Assembly (NCBI GenBank): GCA_015231825.1
Contig: JADGAV010000008.1
Coordinates: 78,515 to 142,514, forward strand
Source: SAR324 cluster bacterium
GTDB lineage: Bacteria; SAR324; NAC60-12
Length of the DNA: 64,000 nt
Reading direction: 5' to 3'
Under the pieces are notes generated by a model that saw only the letters and a list, made by a program, of their open reading frames with translations, did not search any database and was not told where the DNA came from. How positions within the stretch are numbered: position 1 is the stretch's first letter; the number at the start of each line of letters is the position of its first letter. Positions 57,777 through 64,000 of the stretch are shown in pieces. Position numbers and translations under genes: made by a program.

Positions 57777-58649
57777 TCAGGATCTTTTTGAAATCAATTC
57801 GGCCAGCAATCCCATTAAATATATTTGCAGGCCCGCAAGGATCAGGCTGATTGAAACATTGCCGACCTGAGCAACCACAATATAGTCACGGACCGCTTTC
57901 AGTAAACCGACACCCATGCAGCCAGCTGCTATGGGGATGAAGATCCGCAAAGGATTGAAATACAAACCAAGTCTGCCGACCAATTTAAAGAATCGATACG
58001 TATCTGCAATCGGTCGAATGGATGATTTCCCCTCTCGTTTGTAATATTCAATAGGTACCTCCGCCAGTGTGTATCCGTGGCTGATTGCCGCCATGGTAAT
58101 TGTGGAAGTTAAGGAGAATCCATCAGGGTAGAGGGACCAGAATCGCATGGCCAAATCCCGCTTAAAAATCCGCATTCCCGAATTGAGATCTGCAATGGTT
58201 TCGTTGGCTAAAAAAGAAGCATAGCGATTGAGAAGAAACTTTGGAGCCTGCCGCAGTAATGGAACATCGCTGAGTTTCCTTATCCCGATTACCATATCAG
58301 CATCCTTTGCTTTTACCAAAAGTTGGGGAAAATCCTGATTTGGGTATGTCCCGTCGGCGTCGGTGATGCCGATCCATGGGTATGTGGAATGCTGAATCCC
58401 GGTCTTGATGGCAGCACCGTATCCCTTGTTGTGAGGATGTTCCAGGAGGCTGACATAGTTTTTGGTCTGCAAAGAATGATAGTCAAACCCTTCACCTGAA
58501 CCATCATTGACAATGATGATTTCAAACCGCCAATCCGTTTCGGAAAGGATTTCCTCCACCTCCTTGAGCGTTTTCTGAACAACAGCCAGCGCTTCCCTGT
58601 ACACCGGGATAATGACCGACAATTCATTGGGAACTTGGGATGATGTCAT
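57777..58649 (-). CDS. Family 2 glycosyltransferase (polyprenol-phosphate sugar synthase-like)
   Basis: The GT-A signature is LSVIIPVYRE...IIIVNDGSGEG...ITDADG. I chose the start at 58649 (MTSSQV) to avoid overlap with the GtrA gene. Confidence 0.82.
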   Translation of the reverse strand: MTSSQVPNELSVIIPVYREALAVVQKTLKEVEEILSETDWRFEIIIVNDGSGEGFDYHSLQTKNYVSLLEHPHNKGYGAAIKTGIQHSTYPWIGITDADGTYPNQDFPQLLVKAKDADMVIGIRKLSDVPLLRQAPKFLLNRYASFLANETIADLNSGMRIFKRDLAMRFWSLYPDGFSLTSTITMAAISHGYTLAEVPIEYYKREGKSSIRPIADTYRFFKLVGRLGLYFNPLRIFIPIAAGCMGVGLLKAVRDYIVVAQVGNVSISLILAGLQIYLMGLLAELISKRS

Positions 58650-58662
58650 AACGTGATTTTTT

Positions 58663-59085
58663 TTACGATTGGGGTTTGAGCGCTTTTGTTTTTTGGAAAA
58701 CCAGACGATCATAAACAAAAAATTTCACAATCAGCAAGATTGCAGTCGATGTGCTGAGTGCGAGAAAATAGTGCCACTCGAATTTACGGTGAAGCATTTC
58801 CATCAATAGTCCGTCTGTTGATAAAAAAGTAAGGGAAACACAGGAATATTTAAACAAACGCCAGACCAAGCGATCCTTCACCTGAAATATAAAATGAAGA
58901 TTCATGAAAAAATAAAGGACGAAACTGATCATCAGTCCAATTCGATAGGCAATGACGGGATCAACAGAAAACACCTCCACCAGGACTGTCGTCAAAAAAG
59001 CTCGAAAGCCCCAAATCAAGCCGCCCCCGCTCAAGAATCGCAAAAACTTTCTCAACAATGGATTGTTCTGCAGCGGCATGATCAC
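58663..59085 (-). CDS. GtrA-family membrane protein
   Basis: The 140-aa product has four transmembrane helices in the GtrA pattern (FLSGGGLIWGFRAFLTTVLVEVF). Confidence 0.78.
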   Translation of the reverse strand: MIMPLQNNPLLRKFLRFLSGGGLIWGFRAFLTTVLVEVFSVDPVIAYRIGLMISFVLYFFMNLHFIFQVKDRLVWRLFKYSCVSLTFLSTDGLLMEMLHRKFEWHYFLALSTSTAILLIVKFFVYDRLVFQKTKALKPQS

Positions 59086-60248
59086 TCCACAATCGAGGCA
59101 CCCAATGCCATTTGATCCTGTTCAAGCAAGATCTTCAACAATTGCAGGCGCCGGGAATTAGAAATGAATGGAATGGCTGGAACGGCAACTTTAAATTGAG
59201 AAAGTAAGGCTCCGATTTGCGTGATATAGGCTTCCAATTCAGGCCGAATCCATGTTTCTTCCTGGAGTGAAAACGCTTCGGTTTTGACATCAAATTCATT
59301 TTTAAGTTCAAGATTGATGCTGACTTCCTGCTCACTCCCTTCCAAATGAGGGACAACTTGCAGAATCAGTGTCAAAGGAAGTGATCCCTTTTTTTCAGAA
59401 TCTCCCGATACCGGATTCAGGGCTATGGGAAGCGCAAACCGTGTTTCGCCGGACTGGAGGTCCGGTCCCGGAAAAATATCCAGAGAGGGAGTGCCGGAAA
59501 TTACCATTTCGTACTGAGTCCCGACATTGCTCTTTACAATACCGATCGCTCTTGCAGAAAGTCCGGATGAAATGGTGCCAAGAACCGCGTTCAGCGTCGA
59601 CTCATTGACGACAATGACAAACATTTGCTCCAGCATAGCGGCTGGAATCGGGGATGGCTGATTTAAATGAACAATCACACTCTGATGAAGAAAATCAACT
59701 TGAACATTATTGATGGGAAATTCAAATTGATTTCCAATCTTCAGACGGTCCACCTTTTTCCACACAACGATTCGATCAATGGCAGTTTTTAAGAGCGGTT
59801 CCAGCAGGGGCCTCAACGAATTTCCCTTCACCAGATTGAGATGCTCTATCGAAGATTTCGTCAGCACCACCCGCTTTTTCTTAGGCAGGTATACGGCGTT
59901 GAATGAAACTTTAATATCTCCCGTGACATCAATCAGCGGAGAAACCTTTGCTTTGCTGAGAAACTTTTTGTACCAAAAATCTGTGGTGATGATCGCGCGG
60001 GAATCTTCAATTTGAATGCGAACGTTGTCGAAACCAAAGGACTGGTCTTTTTCCGTTGATACATCCTGACCATGAAATTCCGCCGATAAATAACTCTGCA
60101 ATAAGGTTTCAGACAAAGAAAGAGAAAGAGATTGGGCAGTCAGTATGTTTCCGTAAATACAGCACATGCCCAGCAGAAGCAGAAATCGTTGGAATTTCCG
60201 AAAATTTGTCATAGAGGATTCAACGGATTTTAGCCATAACATAATCAT
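59082..60248 (-). CDS. Secreted hypothetical protein
   Basis: An N-terminal signal-like hydrophobic segment is present. The 388-aa product has no recognisable motif. Confidence 0.55.
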   Translation of the reverse strand: MIMLWLKSVESSMTNFRKFQRFLLLLGMCCIYGNILTAQSLSLSLSETLLQSYLSAEFHGQDVSTEKDQSFGFDNVRIQIEDSRAIITTDFWYKKFLSKAKVSPLIDVTGDIKVSFNAVYLPKKKRVVLTKSSIEHLNLVKGNSLRPLLEPLLKTAIDRIVVWKKVDRLKIGNQFEFPINNVQVDFLHQSVIVHLNQPSPIPAAMLEQMFVIVVNESTLNAVLGTISSGLSARAIGIVKSNVGTQYEMVISGTPSLDIFPGPDLQSGETRFALPIALNPVSGDSEKKGSLPLTLILQVVPHLEGSEQEVSINLELKNEFDVKTEAFSLQEETWIRPELEAYITQIGALLSQFKVAVPAIPFISNSRRLQLLKILLEQDQMALGASIVE

Positions 60249-61962
60249 TTTTGAGAAAAGTTAAACATGCGGCGGATAATTTGGCAGGCCTTTGTAAGTA
60301 TGCAAAAAGCAGGTCACGGAGAGTCTGTCCGATTTCCTTTATTTTTTGTGTTGGATGAACCAGTGCTTCCCCCACAAGTCCTCCCCCACCGTTCCAATGA
60401 TAGTTGCTCATCCAAACAGGAAAACTCTCAGACAAGGAGAGGGACGTTTCCATATGCTTCAACGTCGAGCTTGCACCATCCTCATTCTCGGACAAAATTG
60501 CCTGAAATCCACCTGGAGCCAATAGCGAATTGGAGCGGAAAGAAAGTCCCCGCTGCTGACGCAGGTAAGGATCCAGCAAAATCTGAATTTGTCGGCCATA
60601 AAGTTGACTCAGCACCGGGAAGTTATCATACGGAAGCCAACGAAATAAATGAAGCCTTTTCAACGGAGCACCGAGTTCATTCCGCAAAAGTTTTTTCCAA
60701 CGCCACCGGGCCGGAAAAAGTGAAAAACTCCTCTCAGGATCTCGACCCAAAATCGCCTGATGGGAAAGATCAGCACCGCACTGGAAAAAATTTTCTTTGC
60801 TCGGCAGCTGATGCAGCACGACTCGCGTGGGAACATCCAGATACTGACGCACCTGATCCATATCGGCTTTAACCATAGAACCAAGCTGTTCAGAGGGTTC
60901 AGGAGAAGCCGAAATAAAGCTGTATTCTGATTTTTCAATCTGCCAGCGAGCACCTTCTTCCTTGAGAAAAAATTTGACCACGCTGACTCCGTATCCCCAA
61001 AATCCCGGGCTGATCAGAGGGGTTCGAAAATGCCTCAATTCTGAGGTTTTCCTTTTGGGGAAAAGCCGATGGGCATGGCCTGAGATGATCAAATCAAACC
61101 GGGTTTCTGAATCAGCAACAATTCCTGAGGCATTCGCGACAGGAACTCCCTGATTCAGAGAAACATATTGATCATACCGGAAATTGTGCCCGCTGTGAAA
61201 CAATCCGACCAATAAATCCACCTGCTCCTGCTCCTTTAAAATCGGAACCCATTTCTGAGTCGCGGCAAACATCCCTTCGATCCTCATCCCATTGAGATGC
61301 GATTTATTCACCCACATCGACGTGCCTGGGGTGAGCAATCCCATAATTCCAATTCTCACTCCTGCTCTTTCCAATACCCGGTAAGGGGGAAGAACCGGAT
61401 CTCCTTCTGAAGAGCCTTCCCCTGTTTTGAGCAAATTGGCAGCCAGCCAGGTAAATTGAGAAGCCATCATATTTTTTTGCAGGACCCCGGGAGGAGGCTC
61501 CAGATCGTGATTTCCCAACGCTACTGCATCATATTGCAGGTGATTCATCAGTTTGACGATTGGCAGCGGATTTTCAGCAGGGGAATGAAAATTAAAGTAA
61601 AAAGCGCTGGGACTTCCCTGAAGGATATCACCGGCATCGAGCAAAATCAGATGAGGATACTCGTCTCTCAGCTGCTTTATTATCGGAGCAATATGCAGCA
61701 CGCCTCGCTTTTCTTCTTCAGGAAACAAGGTATCGGTGGACAACCAACCATGAAGATCTGAACTCGCCGCAACAACAACTGTGGTTCGGGAACCGGGAAG
61801 CGGGTTAATCGAGGAACGCTGTTGAATTGCAAATGAGGCCGGCGAGCTAGACAAAGTCTCCTTTGCCCAGACTGGAAAAACACTTCCCCAGAACATCGCT
61901 GCGCAAAAAATAAATCGCAAACCGAGGCAATGAAAGGTCATAAGAAGAGGAACAGGATTCAA
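60220..61962 (-). CDS. Secreted calcineurin-like metallophosphoesterase
   Basis: Metallophosphoesterase motifs are SDLHG, LLDAGDILQG and GNHDLE. It has a signal peptide and is 580 aa. Confidence 0.8.
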   Translation of the reverse strand: MNPVPLLMTFHCLGLRFIFCAAMFWGSVFPVWAKETLSSSPASFAIQQRSSINPLPGSRTTVVVAASSDLHGWLSTDTLFPEEEKRGVLHIAPIIKQLRDEYPHLILLDAGDILQGSPSAFYFNFHSPAENPLPIVKLMNHLQYDAVALGNHDLEPPPGVLQKNMMASQFTWLAANLLKTGEGSSEGDPVLPPYRVLERAGVRIGIMGLLTPGTSMWVNKSHLNGMRIEGMFAATQKWVPILKEQEQVDLLVGLFHSGHNFRYDQYVSLNQGVPVANASGIVADSETRFDLIISGHAHRLFPKRKTSELRHFRTPLISPGFWGYGVSVVKFFLKEEGARWQIEKSEYSFISASPEPSEQLGSMVKADMDQVRQYLDVPTRVVLHQLPSKENFFQCGADLSHQAILGRDPERSFSLFPARWRWKKLLRNELGAPLKRLHLFRWLPYDNFPVLSQLYGRQIQILLDPYLRQQRGLSFRSNSLLAPGGFQAILSENEDGASSTLKHMETSLSLSESFPVWMSNYHWNGGGGLVGEALVHPTQKIKEIGQTLRDLLFAYLQRPAKLSAACLTFLKNDYVMAKIR

Positions 61963-62735
61963 CTAAAATCCATGAATTTCTGAATTGCTTCGCGATCAAA
62001 CCCTTTGCTGGCAACCAGCAGCTGTTGAGAATAACCGTGACGGGTCGTGTTGCTGCGGAGCTGTTCATCGGTCATTTCCTCAACAATCATCCCACGATTC
62101 ATGACCGCAATCCTTTCACACAAATGCCCGACGACAGCCAAGTCATGACTGACCATAATGTAGGTCAAACCGTGTTCTTCGCGCAATCCGAGCAGCAGAT
62201 TGAGCACTTCCGCCTGCACGGAAACATCAAGAGCAGAAGTGGGTTCATCAAGAAGCACGACACTGGGTTCGAGAATCAATGCCCGCGCAATTGCAATTCG
62301 CTGGCGCTGTCCTCCAGAAAGTTGGTGGGGATAGCGGAACCGAAATTGCGCCCCCAAACCCACTTCATCAAGCGCCTGCAAAATCCGCTTTTCGATCTTG
62401 TCAAACCGGTGAATGATAAGAGGCTCTTTTAGAATATCATTGACAGTGTGGCGCGGGTGCAGAGAGCCATAGGGGTCTTGAAAAACCATTTGCAGTCTCT
62501 TGCGGAACGATTTTTCACGCTTTTCCCCCAGCCGGATCTGATCCACCTCAATCGTCCCCGACCAATGTGAATTGAGCCCTGCAATAACCCGAAGTACAGT
62601 GGTTTTTCCGGAGCCCGATTCTCCTACCAGTCCAAAACTTTCACCTTTGCCGACATGAAATGAGACCCCTCGGAGAGCGTGCACAGAGGAGGCTCCGGTG
62701 CCAAATACTACGTTCAAATCGTCGACCTTAATCAT
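61959..62735 (-). CDS. ABC transporter ATP-binding protein (Dpp/Opp F-type)
   Basis: It has a Walker A (GESGSGKTT), a signature (LSGGQRQR) and a Walker B ([11 protein letters not shown]). The start at 62735 (MIKVDDL) avoids overlap with the upstream gene. Confidence 0.9.
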   Translation of the reverse strand: MIKVDDLNVVFGTGASSVHALRGVSFHVGKGESFGLVGESGSGKTTVLRVIAGLNSHWSGTIEVDQIRLGEKREKSFRKRLQMVFQDPYGSLHPRHTVNDILKEPLIIHRFDKIEKRILQALDEVGLGAQFRFRYPHQLSGGQRQRIAIARALILEPSVVLLDEPTSALDVSVQAEVLNLLLGLREEHGLTYIMVSHDLAVVGHLCERIAVMNRGMIVEEMTDEQLRSNTTRHGYSQQLLVASKGFDREAIQKFMDFS

Positions 62736-62749
62736 GAAAATCCTTCGTC

Positions 62750-63592
62750 TTATTCCAGCCAGGACGAATCCCTTTTCAGGACCGGTAAAATTTCGTGGGA
62801 GCCGTCCAGTTTCGGCAGACAATTAAGCAATCCCCTGGTGTAGGCATGCTGGGCGTTCTCCAGGTTTTTTGCTTCCAAAACCTCCATCACCCGTCCCCCG
62901 TACATCACCAGCACCCGATCGCAAAATGAAGCGACCAATTGAAGATCATGGCTGATGAAAATCAAACCCATCCCTCTTTCCCGAACCATGTCATCCAAAA
63001 GTGCCAGAACTTGCAGCTGGACTGTGACATCCAAAGCGGATGTGGGTTCATCCGCAATAATCAGATCGGGTTCCGGAATCAGCATCATTGCGATCATTAT
63101 CCGTTGCCCCATTCCTCCGGACACTTCATGAGGATAGAGGTGATAGACTTTTTCCGGTTCTCTGATCCGAACCGTATTCAGCATCTCGATCGTATGCTGG
63201 CGAGCTTTTTTCCTGCCGGCACTGGAATGGATTCGATAAGCTTCAGCAATCTGTTCTCCTACCGTCATCACGGGGTTCAGCGAGTACTGCGGATCCTGCA
63301 TGATCATCGAAATTCGATTTCCGCGAATTCCACGCATTGTGCTTTCACTCGCATGAAGCAAGTCGATGCCGTCAAATTCGACACATTCCGCCCGCACCCG
63401 GCTTCGCGAAGCTGTCAGACGCAGAATCGCCCGACCGGTTTGACTCTTTCCTGATCCGGATTCTCCAACGATTCCCAGCCGTTCCTGGCCCAATTCAAAA
63501 CTGACCCCACGCACAGCCTCCACTACTCCTTTGGGTGTGTCATAAGAAACATGAAGGTTTTTCACTGTCAGCAGAGTCTTCTTTTCCATCAC
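62750..63592 (-). CDS. ABC transporter ATP-binding protein (Dpp/Opp D-type)
   Basis: The Walker A is GESGSGKSQ, and the signature is VSGGMGQR. Confidence 0.9.
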   Translation of the reverse strand: MMEKKTLLTVKNLHVSYDTPKGVVEAVRGVSFELGQERLGIVGESGSGKSQTGRAILRLTASRSRVRAECVEFDGIDLLHASESTMRGIRGNRISMIMQDPQYSLNPVMTVGEQIAEAYRIHSSAGRKKARQHTIEMLNTVRIREPEKVYHLYPHEVSGGMGQRIMIAMMLIPEPDLIIADEPTSALDVTVQLQVLALLDDMVRERGMGLIFISHDLQLVASFCDRVLVMYGGRVMEVLEAKNLENAQHAYTRGLLNCLPKLDGSHEILPVLKRDSSWLE

Positions 63593-64000
63593 TACTCTCC
63601 GCTGCGAGGATCAAGGACATCACGAAGGCCGTCACCAAGAAGGTTGAAACCCATGCTGACCGTCAGAATTGCAATTCCAGGAATGGTCGCGACCCACCAT
63701 TGATCAACCAGAAATTGGCGCCCGGCGGAAATCATTGCACCCCATTCCGGCAACGGCGGTTGAGCACCCAAACCCAAAAAACCAAGTCCGGCAGCGGTCA
63801 GGATAATGCCTGCCATGTCCAATGTCAGCCGAACAATCATTGAAGAGAGGCAAAGTGGTGTGATGTGATAAAGAAGAATCCGTCCTGTAGAGGCCCCCTG
63901 GACCTGTGCAGCCATTATGTGCTCGGCATTGCGAATAGTCAGCGTTTCAGCCCTGGCGATTCTGGCAAAAGGCGACCAGGTGGTCAGGGCGATCGCCAAA
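63592..64000 (-). CDS. ABC transporter permease (DppC/OppC-type), C-terminal part only
   Basis: The C-terminal permease motif is present (...LLGDGLRDVLDPR) and the EAA-loop region precedes it. The gene continues past the window edge. Confidence 0.8.
   Translation of the reverse strand, partial: LAIALTTWSPFARIARAETLTIRNAEHIMAAQVQGASTGRILLYHITPLCLSSMIVRLTLDMAGIILTAAGLGFLGLGAQPPLPEWGAMISAGRQFLVDQWWVATIPGIAILTVSMGFNLLGDGLRDVLDPRSGE

Overview
This 64-kb window looks like ordinary chromosome from the replication-initiation neighbourhood of a flagellated, lipoprotein-rich bacterium. Everything below comes from reading the ORF translations and the raw sequence by eye; I ran no searches. GC content is moderate (roughly 43-45% by eye) and the lineage is not determinable. 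I found no rRNA, tRNA, CRISPR array, transposase, integrase or prophage structure.

The main features, in order, are:
- rplI (5'-partial) followed by dnaB.
- A cluster of c-di-GMP-related genes: a degenerate EAL-like protein, a TPR protein, and a GAF/HD-GYP phosphodiesterase with a PilZ gene directly downstream.
- A minus-strand dnaA with a short lipoprotein ORF translationally coupled to its 3' end, and an AT-rich region upstream of it that is the best candidate for oriC.
- A basic protein with two AP2-like domains sitting between dnaA and a minus-strand gyrA.
- A cyclophilin PPIase with a long N-terminal extension, then a bolA-erpA pair.
- An orphan PqiC-like lipoprotein and a Ser/Thr-rich lipoprotein that overlaps a large polytopic membrane protein.
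- rodA and a SAM hydroxide adenosyltransferase (DUF62).
- A five-gene flagellar hook module (fliJ, ylxF-like, fliK, flgD, flgE) with no fliH or fliI.
- A plus-strand run of two STAS antagonists, a double-CDGSH iron-sulfur protein, YcgN, a NifS-type cysteine desulfurase and a CheY.
- A 1634-aa fusion of Ser/Thr kinase, STAND NTPase, GAF and class III nucleotidyl cyclase.
- Housekeeping genes: SDR, tatD, rnc, a pseudouridine synthase, an NUDIX hydrolase and manA.
- A DUF342 (FapA-like) protein, a pentapeptide-repeat protein and a small secreted protein.
- A minus-strand operon of a MinD/ParA-type ATPase, a pseudo-J-domain/HTH protein and an S49 peptidase.
- A second Fe-S operon: ferredoxin, a CGFS-glutaredoxin-rhodanese fusion, iscA and yggT, followed by a tail-specific protease.
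- A Zn-dependent alcohol dehydrogenase, a second (split) GT2 + GtrA pair, a metallophosphoesterase and the 3' end of a Dpp-type ABC transporter.

I see no single clear-cut novel system. The most interesting candidates are the origin-adjacent tandem-AP2 protein, the atypical dnaA/oriC layout, the Fe-S trafficking genes scattered across three loci, the MinD-like/pseudo-J operon, and the giant kinase-cyclase fusion.
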